Origin: Candidatus Latescibacterota bacterium
GTDB taxonomy: Bacteria; Latescibacterota; UBA2968; UBA8231
Assembly (NCBI GenBank): GCA_965248265.1
Contig: CBDFJF010000001.1
Coordinates: 1,344,001 to 1,408,000, forward strand
Length of the DNA: 64,000 nucleotides
Direction of reading: 5' to 3'
The notes beneath the pieces were generated by a model, which ran no database searches, had not been told where the DNA came from, and saw nothing but the letters and a program-made list of their open reading frames with translations. The first letter of the stretch is position 1, and each line of letters opens with the position of its first letter. Shown here piece after piece: positions 1-11,086 of this stretch. The position numbers and the translations under genes were made by a program.

Positions 1-1490
1 GGATTCCGGCGCTCATCTACTGGCTGTCCTTCATCACCGCCGTGTACCTGGCCATGATCTCCATCACCGTCATCCTGCGCAAGCAGTGGATCGAGCACGA
101 GCGCCTCGTTTATCCCCTGGTGCAGCTGCCCATTTCCATGATTCAGAACGACCCGGACGACAGTGGACGGCCGTCCATCATCAGCCCTTTCTTCAAGAAT
201 CCGCTGATGTGGGTGGGCTTCGCCATTCCGGCCATTCTCCAGACCTTGACCGGCCTCCACCACTACGATCCCAGCATCCCCGCGGTATCGCTGTACGGTG
301 CCTCGATTCCGCTGTTCCGCGGCACCGTGCACGTGCCCCTAAACCTGAGCTTCCAGATGCTCGGGTTCTCCTACTTCATCAGCCGCGAGGTCGCCTTCGG
401 ACTCTGTTTCTTCTACTTGCTCAATACCGTCGAACAAGGTGTCCTCAATGTCCTCGGCGTCGAGCAATTTGATCCGCTGCTGGGCGGTTACAGCACCTAC
501 ACCGGCACCATAGTAGTGCACCAGGGATTCGGCGCGATCATCATGCTCGTCCTCTTCGGCCTGTGGACGGCGCGCGGCCATCTGCGCCAGGTGTTCAGAA
601 AGGCCTTCCTTAGCGACACCAAGGTAAATGACGACGACGAGATACTATCCTATCGAGCAGCCGTGCTGCTGCTTGTCGGGAGTCTGGTTTTCGTCGGCGT
701 CTGGTTGTGGCAGTCGGGATTGCCCGGTTGGATCACGCCGATCTACATGTTCTTCGCCTTCGTCCTCTTCATCGGCATCACCCGCGTCGTTGCCGAAGGT
801 GGACTCGCTTTCATCTTCGCCCCCATGATCGCCTCTGATTTCATCACCGCCGGCTTCGGCACCCGGGCCCTGGGCGCCTCCGGCATCGTGGCTTTCGCCT
901 TCACCTACATCTGGGCCTCCGATATTCTGACCTTCGTCATGGCCTCTTCAGCCAATGCCCTGAAATTGGCTGCCGAGACCATACGAAGAGGTGTGCGCCT
1001 GATCTTCTGGGCCATGCTCGTGGCCATCGTCGTGGCCCTGTGCAGCTCGGTGTGGGCTATTCTCGAATTGGCCTACCAATACGGCGGCATCAACGCCGAT
1101 CAGTTCTTTTTCAGGAGCTCGGGCTACCCCTTCAAAATTGCCGCAGCCCGCCTCGCCTCCATCGAGGGCCCCCATTGGCAGAACTGGCTCTACACGGGTA
1201 TCGGCGCCAGCATCATGGGCTTGCTGATGCTGGCACGCCAGCGGTTCTCGTGGTGGCCCATCCACCCATTGGGCTTTCCCACCAGCGCTGTGTTCGGCTT
1301 CATGTTCATCAGCGTCTTCGTGGCATGGCTGATCAAGTCGATGGTCATCAGGTACGGTGGGCCCCAGCTCTACAGGCGCAGCCGTCCCTTTTTTCTGGGG
1401 CTGATCCTGGGTCAGTTCGTTACCGCCGGTGTTTGGTACGGCATCGATTACCTGGTGGGGGGAAGCTATAACCAGGTGATGACGTTCTGA
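1..1490 (+). CDS. DUF6785/DUF6784-type polytopic membrane protein (putative OPT-like peptide transporter), 5'-truncated by the window edge
   Basis: Frame is open from the window start. Many TM segments; motifs RKQWIEHERLVYPL, WWPIHPLGF and RYGG..LYRR..PFFLGLILG are typical of this family. Confidence 0.75.
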   Translation, partial: IPALIYWLSFITAVYLAMISITVILRKQWIEHERLVYPLVQLPISMIQNDPDDSGRPSIISPFFKNPLMWVGFAIPAILQTLTGLHHYDPSIPAVSLYGASIPLFRGTVHVPLNLSFQMLGFSYFISREVAFGLCFFYLLNTVEQGVLNVLGVEQFDPLLGGYSTYTGTIVVHQGFGAIIMLVLFGLWTARGHLRQVFRKAFLSDTKVNDDDEILSYRAAVLLLVGSLVFVGVWLWQSGLPGWITPIYMFFAFVLFIGITRVVAEGGLAFIFAPMIASDFITAGFGTRALGASGIVAFAFTYIWASDILTFVMASSANALKLAAETIRRGVRLIFWAMLVAIVVALCSSVWAILELAYQYGGINADQFFFRSSGYPFKIAAARLASIEGPHWQNWLYTGIGASIMGLLMLARQRFSWWPIHPLGFPTSAVFGFMFISVFVAWLIKSMVIRYGGPQLYRRSRPFFLGLILGQFVTAGVWYGIDYLVGGSYNQVMTF

Positions 1491-1492
1491 CG

Positions 1493-4081
1493 TCAGCGAA
1501 CGACGGCTTCACGCGATGTCAGTAGCTCTTCGGGATGGCGGGCCAGGTACGGGGGTATACCGCGCAATTGGACGATGGCGCGGGGACTTCGGCTGATGGT
1601 GAAAGCCCAGATCCCGTCGTCGGCTCCAGCAGGGACCGTTACCGGGACATCCACGGGTACGGAGAGGTCTGAGCCCGTCACCAGTTTCAGATGCTCGGCG
1701 ACGAGCTTGCCATCCGGTCCATAGAAACGGACGTCGCTTTCGTGACTGGTGTTTGCGTGAATCCGCACCACGAACGTCCCGGTATCCCGCGGCACGAAGA
1801 AATAAAGCGGCTGGTCCAGGGTCGGAGTGCCCGGGTACAGCGCCATGAACTCGCTCTCCGGGGACGCCTCCACTACCTGCGGCCGCCGGTCGAATTCGAG
1901 TCGTCCTCCTCTCTGATAGTCGGTTCCCGGGTCGAGCATGTAGAGACCCTTGCGCTGAATCTGCAGCCGCAGCTGTGCGCTCTCATCCTGCTGCCTGCGG
2001 ATGTCCCCTTCTTCTACGACTTCACCCGTTTCCGCGTTCGCGAGCGTCCAGTGACCATCCAGGGTGTGATCCGGGTAGACGACGAAGGGAAGGATCAGCA
2101 CTTCGCCGGCCTCGGCGGGGAAATAGTAGCGGGCCTGCTCAAAAAAGAATGGCGATTCCGTGTGCTCACCGAGCAGCTCCAGCAACGACTCTGAGGCCTG
2201 GATCGCGACTGGAACCAGATCCCGAGACCATTGCGTTGGCAGCGCCTCCAGCACAACCCTGTCACCGTAAAGTTCAAGCCCTTCATCAAACAGCCGGGCG
2301 ACCTCTTCGTGAGCGGGGATGTCGGTCCTATCCGTTTTCCAACTCTCCACCATCTCGTCGGTCACGCCCTCCAACTCGGTGACTTTCTCGTAGCCGTGGA
2401 CACCGCGCTGCCTCTTGTAGTAATCCCAACCGAGGACGATTGCCTGGGAGTGGATGAGTCCCGTGTCCATGATTCGGCGGGCGAATTGGATCAGCTCGCG
2501 ACCTACCGCCAGGATCACTTGCGGATCCTCTACCCTCGCGAACTCGTGCTTGAGACGCAGCCAGTGCAGGTACATCATCAGATGATCCAGGCGCCCTTCG
2601 ACGCCTGGGGTCGCCACCAGCTCTCGTGCTGCCGCCAGATCCCGGTAGGCGAGCACGAGGGTGCGCTCGCTCATCTCGTTGCTGTCCTGCCAGCGTTCGT
2701 AGAACCGCCGCACCGGGACTGCGGCTTCGGCGAATGCCGTGGCGTAGAAGTCATCGACAATGCCATCGACGTCGGCGTCGACATTCCACGTCAGCTGCGT
2801 CGTCAGATAGTAGCCGAGACCGTTGGGGGCCCAGTTGCACCCTGATTGTCCGTCCAGAGTAGTGGCACCAAGGCGGTGAAAATGCGGGATGTTCTCTCGT
2901 AGATACGCGACGTTGCCCCCCTTGGCTTTGCCCGGCATGCTGCCGTCCCACTCGTGCAGCGAGAAGTAATCGTAGATGCCAAAGGCGCTGGCCTTGTCGG
3001 ACCAGGCCTCGATCTGCTCCTCCCAGGTCATCTTCGTCCGGCGCAGACCTCGCGTGAGTTGCACGTAGACATTCGGGTGCAGCCTGAACGATGGCGGGTC
3101 GGTGTGCCATGCGTAGGACAACAGTCCAAGGTATTTGTCGGGGAATTGGGCAGTGAGGCCTTCAGCAACCGTGTTCGCAAAGTGAAAGACGCGATCGCTG
3201 ATGGTGCCCTGTGCCAGGCAGCGGTCGTCTTCGCAGAACTCGCCGTTGTCATTCGGATCGAAGGGCGCCATGTTGCGCTGCGGCTCCTTCTCGAACGTCC
3301 TGATCACGTGGTCGGTCGCGAGCTGGATCACATCCGGATGGGTCGTACAGGGTTGATGGCCAACCCGGGTGCCGCCCTTGAGGGCGAAGTACTCCGGGTT
3401 CTCTTCGAAGAGGCTACCCGGGGCGAACTGGGCCCAGGCGTGGCTGCAAGCGATGCCGAACCACCCGGGAAAGCGGTTGTGCCGGTTCCACGCGCCGTAG
3501 TCGGCGGCGAGCTTTGGGGTGCGAGCGCCCCAGCCGTACCAGATGCGCCGGTAGTCGAAGTCCGGACTGTCAATGGTACTTACGTCGACGTGCAGACTGC
3601 GCTGTTCCGGGATAATGGTCCAGGCTTCGTGCGGAAAGAACCAGCGACAACCGAGCTCTCGCAGGAGGGTGAAGATCCCCACCTGCACGCCCAGATCGCT
3701 GTTGCCGACGATGTAGAGCCGGTCAGTAGTGCTGTGCAGGACGAATGCTTCCGGTCCCAAACCTTGCAGGTCCCCGACACGCGGCGCGTCGGGAAACTCG
3801 GACGCCGTGCCCACGCAGAGCGCACGGCCTTCCCCTGCCTCAGTTTCGATAATCGGCAGGTGGCCGCTCATCTGCTCGATGAGCTGGGCGAGCTCCTCGG
3901 CGTTCGTCCGCGTGAGGTCGGACACGCTCGCCGCGATCAGGACAGGGGCCGCTCCCGACTCGGGATCAACGATCGTGAAGGGCGCTGAGGTTGCCACAGC
4001 GTTTGTCGCTCCCAGCCAGATGGATGACAGCAAAACCAAAAACTGGCTGCTGATTTTGATGAGATTGATACTCTCGTTCAA
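1493..4081 (-). CDS. Secreted DUF4838-domain protein (glycoside-hydrolase-like)
   Basis: Signal peptide; GH20/GH67-like N-domain (EAFVLHST..LYIVG..LRELGCRWFFP); PEYFAL and PND..FCE..RC motifs; GAGGAGG RBS before TTG. Confidence 0.75.
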   Translation of the reverse strand: MNESINLIKISSQFLVLLSSIWLGATNAVATSAPFTIVDPESGAAPVLIAASVSDLTRTNAEELAQLIEQMSGHLPIIETEAGEGRALCVGTASEFPDAPRVGDLQGLGPEAFVLHSTTDRLYIVGNSDLGVQVGIFTLLRELGCRWFFPHEAWTIIPEQRSLHVDVSTIDSPDFDYRRIWYGWGARTPKLAADYGAWNRHNRFPGWFGIACSHAWAQFAPGSLFEENPEYFALKGGTRVGHQPCTTHPDVIQLATDHVIRTFEKEPQRNMAPFDPNDNGEFCEDDRCLAQGTISDRVFHFANTVAEGLTAQFPDKYLGLLSYAWHTDPPSFRLHPNVYVQLTRGLRRTKMTWEEQIEAWSDKASAFGIYDYFSLHEWDGSMPGKAKGGNVAYLRENIPHFHRLGATTLDGQSGCNWAPNGLGYYLTTQLTWNVDADVDGIVDDFYATAFAEAAVPVRRFYERWQDSNEMSERTLVLAYRDLAAARELVATPGVEGRLDHLMMYLHWLRLKHEFARVEDPQVILAVGRELIQFARRIMDTGLIHSQAIVLGWDYYKRQRGVHGYEKVTELEGVTDEMVESWKTDRTDIPAHEEVARLFDEGLELYGDRVVLEALPTQWSRDLVPVAIQASESLLELLGEHTESPFFFEQARYYFPAEAGEVLILPFVVYPDHTLDGHWTLANAETGEVVEEGDIRRQQDESAQLRLQIQRKGLYMLDPGTDYQRGGRLEFDRRPQVVEASPESEFMALYPGTPTLDQPLYFFVPRDTGTFVVRIHANTSHESDVRFYGPDGKLVAEHLKLVTGSDLSVPVDVPVTVPAGADDGIWAFTISRSPRAIVQLRGIPPYLARHPEELLTSREAVVR

Positions 4082-4142
4082 CGTCTTGCCTCCTCATGTC
4101 GATGTGTCCGCGATATGTGGCCTATCGCGGCAACGGGACCAC

Positions 4143-6749
4143 CTAGCCATCCACCACCACCTCCCTTGGCGCCAGGAGCTCGTCCGGGTGCCGGGCCACA
4201 TAGGGAGGCACCCCCAGCAGCGTGATTCGCGGACGCACGCTGTCGATGCCGAAGGCCCAGATCCGGTTGTCTGATCCAGGCGGCACGACCACGGAGATAT
4301 CCACGCCAAAGGTCAATGGCGTGTGCCCCCTTCCGCTCCAGTCGCGGCCGGCCAGGTCGCGGCCAGACACGATCCCGGTGTAATCGGAGACCACCTGTCC
4401 GTCGGGGCCATAGATGCGGATGTTGCTCTCGAGACTGCCGGCGCTGTGAACGCGCAAAACAAAAGACTCCGTGCCCCGCGGCACGAAGAAGCACAGGGGT
4501 GCCGCCATCGCACTGCGCGCGGGTGCGAAGGTACTGGCGCGAGAGGCTTCCAGCACTACACGCCGCTGGCCGAATCCCAGGCGTCCGGCCTTCCTGTAAC
4601 CCGTGTCAGGGTTCAGGGCGTAGAGGCCACGGTGCGGAATTTTCAAGCGGATCTGAGCACTCTCGTTCGGCTGCGTATGGAGATCGCCCTCCTCGACGAC
4701 CTCACCCGTTTCCATACTCCTGAGTGTCCAGTAACTATCCAGGGTGTCATCCAATGCAACCAGCGCTACCGTGAGCTCGCCGGGTTCAGCGTGAAAACGG
4801 TACAGACACTCTTCACACTCGGATGATTCGTCGCGGTCTCCGAGCCTTGCCAGCAAGGCATTCGACGCGCCCACGTCGACGGGAACCAAATCCTGCGACC
4901 AATCGCTCGGCGCCACCTCCACCGCGGTGCGGTCGCCATAGGCATGTAGCCCTTCATCGAATAGCTCAGCGACTTCGGCGTGAGTGGGGACGTCGGTCCG
5001 CTCCGTCTTCCAGGTCTCGATCATCTCACCGGTCACGCCGTCCAGGTCGACCAGCTTCCGGAAACCGTGATCGATACCGACCATGTCGAACCAGTCCCAG
5101 CTATGGAGCATCGCGTAGGAGTGGATGAGTCCGGTGTCCATGATCCGGCGTGAAAAATGAATGAGCTCGCGACCGAGAGAGAGAATCGCCTCCGGATCCT
5201 GCTCCCTCTCGAACTCCCACCGCAGGCGCAGCCAATGCCCGTACATCAACAAGTGGTCCAGGCGTCCTACGACACCGGGGTCCACCGCCAGCTTGCGCGC
5301 TTCGTCCAGATCCCGATAGGACAGAATCAGCGTCCTCTCGTTCAACTCGTATGATTCTGGTCGAGTATTCGGCACCTGCCAGCGTTCGTAGTAGCGCCGG
5401 ACTGGTTCTGCGGCTTCTCCGAATGCCACGGCGTAAAAGTCGTCGATGATGGCATCGGCATCAGCCTGGACATCCCAGAATAACTGGGCTGCAAGGTAGT
5501 ATCCGGGACCGTTGGCCCCCCAGTTGATGTTCGACTCCGGGACGAAGGTGTTGGCGCCGAGGCTGTGGTAATAGGGTATCACCGTGCGCAGGTAGTCCAG
5601 GTCGCCCCCATTGGCCTTGCCCGGCAGGCCCCAGTCCCACTGGTAGATCGAGAAATAGTCATAAATTCCGAAGTTGCTCGCCTTCTCGGAAAAACCGGCT
5701 ATCTGTTGCTCGAAAGTCATTTCGGTCCGGCGCATGCTGGTCGTGAGCTGGACGTAGACGTTCGGATGCAGCTTGAATGAAGGCGGCTCCGCGTGATGGG
5801 CATACGCCAGCAGCCCCACGTACTTGTCGGGGAATTTCCGGGTCACGCCTTCCGCAACCTGATTGGCGAACAGGAAAACACGGTCGCTGATCGAACCCAC
5901 GGCGCGGCAGCGGTCGCCTTCGCAGAACCCGCCGCCGTCATTCGGCTCGACCGACACCATGATGGCCTCCGGATTGTCGATACTCCGTTCGAACGAACTC
6001 AACGCGTAGTCTATCGCCAGCTGGAGGACCTCTGGGTCAGTCGTGCAGATCTGGTTGCCGCCCCGTTTGCCGTCTACGAGGGCAAAGTACTCGGGGTGCA
6101 CCTCGAACAGGTCGCGCGGGACTAACCTGGAGTAGTTGTGTCCGCTGGCCGTGTTGAACCAGCCACGCTGTCTGTTATGCCGGTACCAGGCCTGGAAGTC
6201 GTCATGAAGCTTGTCGGTATGCGACCCGTAGGCGTACCAGATGTAGCGGTAGTCGTAGTCCGGGCTGTCAATCGTACTGACGTCGACATGCAGCTTTCGC
6301 TGCTTCGGGATAATGGTCCAGGCGTCGTGGGGAAAAAACCAGCGGCAGCCCAACTGCCGCAGCAACGTAAAGATCCCCTGCTGCGCGCCGACATCGCTGT
6401 TGCCGATGATGTAAAGCCGGTCGGCGGTGCTGTGCAGGACGAAGGCTTCCGGATTCTCGTATTGTAGTTCACCGACACGTGGCGCATTCGGAAACTCGGT
6501 CACCGTTCCGACGACGATAGAGCGACCCGCCGGGACCATCGTAACAGCCGGGTGACTGCCGCACATCTGCCCGACAATCTGCGCGAGTACTCCCGAATAT
6601 TTCTGCGTCAACTCAGACGCACTGGGTGCGATCACGACGCTTGCGGCGCCGGACTCGGGATCGGCAATGGTGAATGGTTCGGAAGTCGCTGCAGCGGGGA
6701 CGCTCAGTATAACCCCCAGCGCAAAGAAGAGTCCTGCGTTTTTCACCAT
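4143..6749 (-). CDS. Secreted DUF4838-domain protein, tandem paralog of 1493..4081
   Basis: Colinear similarity over the full length; signal peptide; AGGAGG RBS. Confidence 0.75.
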   Translation of the reverse strand: MVKNAGLFFALGVILSVPAAATSEPFTIADPESGAASVVIAPSASELTQKYSGVLAQIVGQMCGSHPAVTMVPAGRSIVVGTVTEFPNAPRVGELQYENPEAFVLHSTADRLYIIGNSDVGAQQGIFTLLRQLGCRWFFPHDAWTIIPKQRKLHVDVSTIDSPDYDYRYIWYAYGSHTDKLHDDFQAWYRHNRQRGWFNTASGHNYSRLVPRDLFEVHPEYFALVDGKRGGNQICTTDPEVLQLAIDYALSSFERSIDNPEAIMVSVEPNDGGGFCEGDRCRAVGSISDRVFLFANQVAEGVTRKFPDKYVGLLAYAHHAEPPSFKLHPNVYVQLTTSMRRTEMTFEQQIAGFSEKASNFGIYDYFSIYQWDWGLPGKANGGDLDYLRTVIPYYHSLGANTFVPESNINWGANGPGYYLAAQLFWDVQADADAIIDDFYAVAFGEAAEPVRRYYERWQVPNTRPESYELNERTLILSYRDLDEARKLAVDPGVVGRLDHLLMYGHWLRLRWEFEREQDPEAILSLGRELIHFSRRIMDTGLIHSYAMLHSWDWFDMVGIDHGFRKLVDLDGVTGEMIETWKTERTDVPTHAEVAELFDEGLHAYGDRTAVEVAPSDWSQDLVPVDVGASNALLARLGDRDESSECEECLYRFHAEPGELTVALVALDDTLDSYWTLRSMETGEVVEEGDLHTQPNESAQIRLKIPHRGLYALNPDTGYRKAGRLGFGQRRVVLEASRASTFAPARSAMAAPLCFFVPRGTESFVLRVHSAGSLESNIRIYGPDGQVVSDYTGIVSGRDLAGRDWSGRGHTPLTFGVDISVVVPPGSDNRIWAFGIDSVRPRITLLGVPPYVARHPDELLAPREVVVDG

Positions 6750-6776
6750 TGTGGTCGCGAATCCTTCCTCCCTACG

Positions 6777-7874
6777 CTACGGCCCATCCCCACCGATGTT
6801 CAGCTTGGCCAGGTAAATATCCGCTTTGGAATCGCGAGCCGCGCTGGTCTCCCCGTATGTGTGCCCGGAGTAGTATACCAAAAAAACACCATCCTCAGTC
6901 GAGACAAACCCCGCATAACCCAAATCCGCGAACGCCGGCTTGGGTAGGAAGGCGATCTGCTCAAACGTGGCGCTGTGATACACTTCAGCCGGCTCATCAT
7001 ACTTCCAGAGCGACGTCGCTATTTTTCCATAAGCGATCACGGACGGTCCGACGAAACGGCCGGCGGCGTACACGTCCTTACCGATGCGGATCATCGCCGG
7101 CCCGGCGATCCCGCCCCCGTCTATGCCCAAAGTCCAATTGGTCCAATCTGAGTACGGCGGATAGGCGCGAGAGAGGACGTTCTGGCGGGTCAGCGCCCAC
7201 AATTCCCCGTCGGGCCAGAAGACCAGCTCCGTCTCTGTCACATGCCACGGGTAGTACCCCCTGGGCCCCTCCGACTGCTCGACGATGGTGCTGACCTTCT
7301 CCCAGGCCAACCCGTCCTCCGAGCGCAGGAGATCGACACGCGAAAAGCTGGTGTCGCTGGCCACGTAGATCACCCCGTCGTGGACCCTGGGCCGCCAGAA
7401 GTTGTGCTGTGGCTCATGCACGCGCTGCGGTTCGGACCAGCTCTTGCCGTCTTCGGTGTAGACGACCCGGCTCTCCACGTAGCTGCTGTCCCGGCCAAGA
7501 TCCCAGTACAGGTAGTAGAGCATGAGCCGGTCGGGAAGGGCCAGAAGCTTGCAGTCCACCGCTGTACTGGATGTCGTGTAGATCAGATTCCAGTCCTGCA
7601 AATCCGACGAGCGCAAGACGATCCCCGGACCGTCCTCTCCGGGGTGGACCTTGCCCTGATTGACGGCGACGTAGTAGTCGCCCCGCCAGTGGGCGATGTC
7701 GGGAGTCCCGTTCCAGGCGCCGTCCGCATAGACGGTTCGCACCCATTCGACGACGCCCTGCGGGTCGGGCTGCTCGATCGTCGGACCATCTGCAGAGCTG
7801 GTATTGGCTGTGGCCAACGCCGAACCCAGCGCCAGACAAAACGTTGCGATCCAATACGAATTGCGGAACCTCAT
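6777..7874 (-). CDS. Secreted Asp-box (BNR) beta-propeller protein, sialidase-like
   Basis: Signal peptide; TEDGKSWS and SEDGLAWE Asp boxes; DLGYAG..VYYS C-terminal motif. Confidence 0.65.
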   Translation of the reverse strand: MRFRNSYWIATFCLALGSALATANTSSADGPTIEQPDPQGVVEWVRTVYADGAWNGTPDIAHWRGDYYVAVNQGKVHPGEDGPGIVLRSSDLQDWNLIYTTSSTAVDCKLLALPDRLMLYYLYWDLGRDSSYVESRVVYTEDGKSWSEPQRVHEPQHNFWRPRVHDGVIYVASDTSFSRVDLLRSEDGLAWEKVSTIVEQSEGPRGYYPWHVTETELVFWPDGELWALTRQNVLSRAYPPYSDWTNWTLGIDGGGIAGPAMIRIGKDVYAAGRFVGPSVIAYGKIATSLWKYDEPAEVYHSATFEQIAFLPKPAFADLGYAGFVSTEDGVFLVYYSGHTYGETSAARDSKADIYLAKLNIGGDGP

Positions 7875-7942
7875 TATGTCTCAGCGTCTCTCCTGACAGA
7901 ATCTATTGCGTCGCAGACTCAGACCGCCAGGCTGAGGCGATC

Positions 7943-9703
7943 TCAACCGTCCCACGGAAAGGCAAACGTCGGCTGCCTGGCGTAGCGCTTCATCTCGATC
8001 TCGAGAACGCTGCCGGCTCCCGGGGCCAGTCGCACCCGGAAGGTGGAGCCGTCCAGCTCAACTCGGTCATCCCCAATGGTGGCGCGGACAAATTCGTGCT
8101 CGCCGTAAGCCCCGCCCTGCACGACGAGTGCACGCTCTTCCGACTGGTTGAGGTTGATCAGATGTAACGTCATCGAGTCAGGACCGAGCTTTTCAACCAG
8201 GGCGCAGACGTCTTCGGGCAATCCTGCCCGCTGTCGGGCCGGGTCGAAATAGCGCACGCGGCAGTGCAGCGGGCCGCTGTGCTCCGTCGGCAGGCCGCCG
8301 AGCATCAGGTGAACGAGGTTGGTCACGGTGGCGGGATTGAACTTATTCGGGTTATCGGAAAGCCGCGTGTCCGTCGTCATGGTGTCGTTGAGCACCCAGT
8401 CCATCTTGCGCCGCACCGTTTCGAAGTCCTCCCCCAGAGCCGTTTCGGGAAAACTCGGGTTATTGCCCTCGAGGTATCCGGTCCAACCCGATGTCGTCGA
8501 CAGCCGCGACAGGTCGGCCCTGTCCATGGACCAGTAGTAGATGTCCAACGCCCCGGGCGAGTAGGGCTGCGGCGAAAACTCGTACCAGCCGTCATCGCCG
8601 TACATGCGCGGGTACATCTCCTGGCCATCCACGATTTTCTTGTTCGAATTGACCGAGTCGAGCATGCCGCGCCAGACATCGACGTAGCGCTGATCTCCGG
8701 TCAGCAGCAGGGCGTTGCCGAATCCGGTGATGCTGCGGAAGACGGAGCTGCGGCTGCTCGGTTGGTAGGACGGGGGCACGGTGATGGTGAAGCTCCAACC
8801 GTAGCAGCCCCCGTACCACTTGCCGTCGCAGGCGCCGCCGATGGTCCCGTCCAGTCCGATATTGGACGGCAGGATGCCGTCGTTCTGGCGCGCCCGCTCG
8901 CACCAGGCGTCGACGTACTCCAGCACCCAGTCCCGGTACTTGGCCTCGCCGGTCAGGGCGTAGGCGTTGAAACCGAGCGCAGTCGCGACCAGATTCGAGG
9001 GGTGATCGCCGATGACGTCGGTGTAGTCGGCGAAATGTTCGAGCATCTCCTCCCAGTTCCGCTCGCCGTGGACGGCGACGAAGCGCCCCTCCACCTGGTC
9101 CATAGGATCTCCGGCCCAATCGATGGCCGTTGCCTTGCGCAGCAGCGGTCCACGGCTGCCGTTGAACAGACTACGGATGATCTTGTGCTCCGGATCGTAG
9201 TTGGGCGCGTCCGGGTCTTCGTTCATGTAGAAGCCGGCGAAGCGGCGGACACGATCGTGAAAGCTGCGCTCGTACGGATCGAAGAGGCCGTGGTGGTTGA
9301 ACGTGGTCAGGCCTTCGGCGTTGTGGACCCAGTCGAACATGACCGGGAATTCCTTGTAGTACATGCCGTCCCGGGCGAAGGGAACTTCCGTCGTCTTGGC
9401 CTCCGTGTACTGCCGCACATGGCCCTCCCAGGCCAGCTTGCACATCTCCATGATGGAATCCGAGCCACCCAGGACATACAGGGTCGGCCAGTGCCAGAGA
9501 TTCTCGATAGCGTCGTCGGGGCCGTCATTGCCACCCCAGCGAGGGATGCATTTTAGATAGCCGCGCTCGTCGAAATACTTGGCGAAAAAAGTCTCACAGG
9601 CCCGGGTCTGGGCGCGTATCAGCTCGCGCTCCATCAGCGCCCAGCCAGGCGGCGTGGCAGGGGTATCGATTACGAGATCGGCGTGATTCAGATTCAGCGG
9701 CAT
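7943..9703 (-). CDS. Conserved hypothetical protein (586 aa), possibly an alpha/alpha-toroid enzyme
   Basis: Long ORF with AAGGAG RBS; aromatic/acid-rich motifs (WGGNDGPDD, DWVHNAEG, WYGGCYGW); in operon with an enolase-superfamily gene. Confidence 0.6.
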   Translation of the reverse strand: MPLNLNHADLVIDTPATPPGWALMERELIRAQTRACETFFAKYFDERGYLKCIPRWGGNDGPDDAIENLWHWPTLYVLGGSDSIMEMCKLAWEGHVRQYTEAKTTEVPFARDGMYYKEFPVMFDWVHNAEGLTTFNHHGLFDPYERSFHDRVRRFAGFYMNEDPDAPNYDPEHKIIRSLFNGSRGPLLRKATAIDWAGDPMDQVEGRFVAVHGERNWEEMLEHFADYTDVIGDHPSNLVATALGFNAYALTGEAKYRDWVLEYVDAWCERARQNDGILPSNIGLDGTIGGACDGKWYGGCYGWSFTITVPPSYQPSSRSSVFRSITGFGNALLLTGDQRYVDVWRGMLDSVNSNKKIVDGQEMYPRMYGDDGWYEFSPQPYSPGALDIYYWSMDRADLSRLSTTSGWTGYLEGNNPSFPETALGEDFETVRRKMDWVLNDTMTTDTRLSDNPNKFNPATVTNLVHLMLGGLPTEHSGPLHCRVRYFDPARQRAGLPEDVCALVEKLGPDSMTLHLINLNQSEERALVVQGGAYGEHEFVRATIGDDRVELDGSTFRVRLAPGAGSVLEIEMKRYARQPTFAFPWDG

Positions 9704-9767
9704 GTGCGACTCCTTGGGGGTGAGATCTCAGGCAGCGGGGAGCCGGTGAGCTCGACCCGAGGTGCAG

Positions 9768-11060
9768 TCAGCGGCGTTCGTAGCGCTCGCGAACTGGATG
9801 GACCTTGGCGCGCTCGAACAGACTCGACCACTCCTTCGAACCGTCATCGGACCATAGTTCAAGCCGGGTCCCCTCGATCTGGGCCGGCCCATTGCGGAAT
9901 TCCATGAAGTAGTAGTACCCCTGATGTGCGCTGGCCATATGGATGCATCCTCCGTCCGGATACACGACGGTATTGATGATGCGGGGCTCGGGATGGTTGT
10001 AGGGCTTGCCCTCTTCTCGAAAGGGCTTGAGGTCTGACTCGGGCACACGGCAAGCCTCAACTGCATCCTCGTCGACTTCAACACCGAGCCCCGGAGCGGT
10101 GGGCACCTGGTGATAGCCGCCCACCACGTCGATGGGTTCTTTTATCAGGGTCTGAGTGTAGAGGTTGATACAATTGATGGCCGGCCAGGTGGCGTGTGTG
10201 AGAACGGCCCCCAGGTGGGCGGCCCAGGTCGTCGTCAGCCCGTTGCCGACCAGTTGTAGCCAGAACGGCATCTTGGCCTCAGCGGCGAGTGTACCCTGCC
10301 GCATGAGGGCGGATTTGCCGGCGCACAGCACGTACCCGTCGCAGACCTCTTCGCGCACGACCGTTATGTAGGGCGGCGACCCGAAATGCATGGCGATGGG
10401 GCGGTTGATGGCCTGCCGTATCTGCCGGTTGCCCAGAACATCATCCCGGGGGATTGGCTCCTCGAACATGGCGACGATGTCGTAGCGTTCCAGTTTCTTG
10501 ATGATGGGGATGGCCGCCGCGGGGGTCTGGAAGGTCCCATTGGGATCCAGGTCCAACTTGAACTGGCGGGGCACGACCTGGTCGATGGCGTTCACCTGCT
10601 CCACGATATCCCACCAGGGTCGCGGCTTGAGTTTGAAGCTGGTATAGCCGTTGGCGACTGCCTCCTGCGCCTCGGCAGCCCATTGCTCCGGGGACGCGTC
10701 GATCGACCACCAGGAGATCGGCACCCAGTCCCTGACCTTGGCGCCCAACAACTCGTAGACGGGCACTTCGAGAATCTTGCCGACCACGTCGAACAGGGCG
10801 ATCTGCAGGCCGCATCCCAGCGAGTCGTCGTGCATCATGCGGGCCGGACTCTTGCCCGTGACCTTTTCTACGGATTCATCGGTTACGCGGCTCCAGGTGT
10901 AGTGGACGACCGTCTCCCCCCAGCCGACGTGCCCGGTGTCGGTCTCAACCCTGCACAGTTCGAGGATGTTCCAGTTGTAAACCTCTCGAGCCGTGATCTC
11001 CTGCTGGCGCGGCGTGAAGGGCACGACCACAGTGATGCGTTGGACATCGACGATTTTCAT
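9768..11060 (-). CDS. Mandelate racemase/muconate lactonizing enzyme family (enolase superfamily)
   Basis: GWGE N-domain, DVVGK...PVYELLG, KLK, metal ligands in DPN and EEP, PGLGVEVD. Confidence 0.85.
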   Translation of the reverse strand: MKIVDVQRITVVVPFTPRQQEITAREVYNWNILELCRVETDTGHVGWGETVVHYTWSRVTDESVEKVTGKSPARMMHDDSLGCGLQIALFDVVGKILEVPVYELLGAKVRDWVPISWWSIDASPEQWAAEAQEAVANGYTSFKLKPRPWWDIVEQVNAIDQVVPRQFKLDLDPNGTFQTPAAAIPIIKKLERYDIVAMFEEPIPRDDVLGNRQIRQAINRPIAMHFGSPPYITVVREEVCDGYVLCAGKSALMRQGTLAAEAKMPFWLQLVGNGLTTTWAAHLGAVLTHATWPAINCINLYTQTLIKEPIDVVGGYHQVPTAPGLGVEVDEDAVEACRVPESDLKPFREEGKPYNHPEPRIINTVVYPDGGCIHMASAHQGYYYFMEFRNGPAQIEGTRLELWSDDGSKEWSSLFERAKVHPVRERYERR

Positions 11061-11086
11061 CCGTTTTCAGCTCCAGAGGTAGAAGG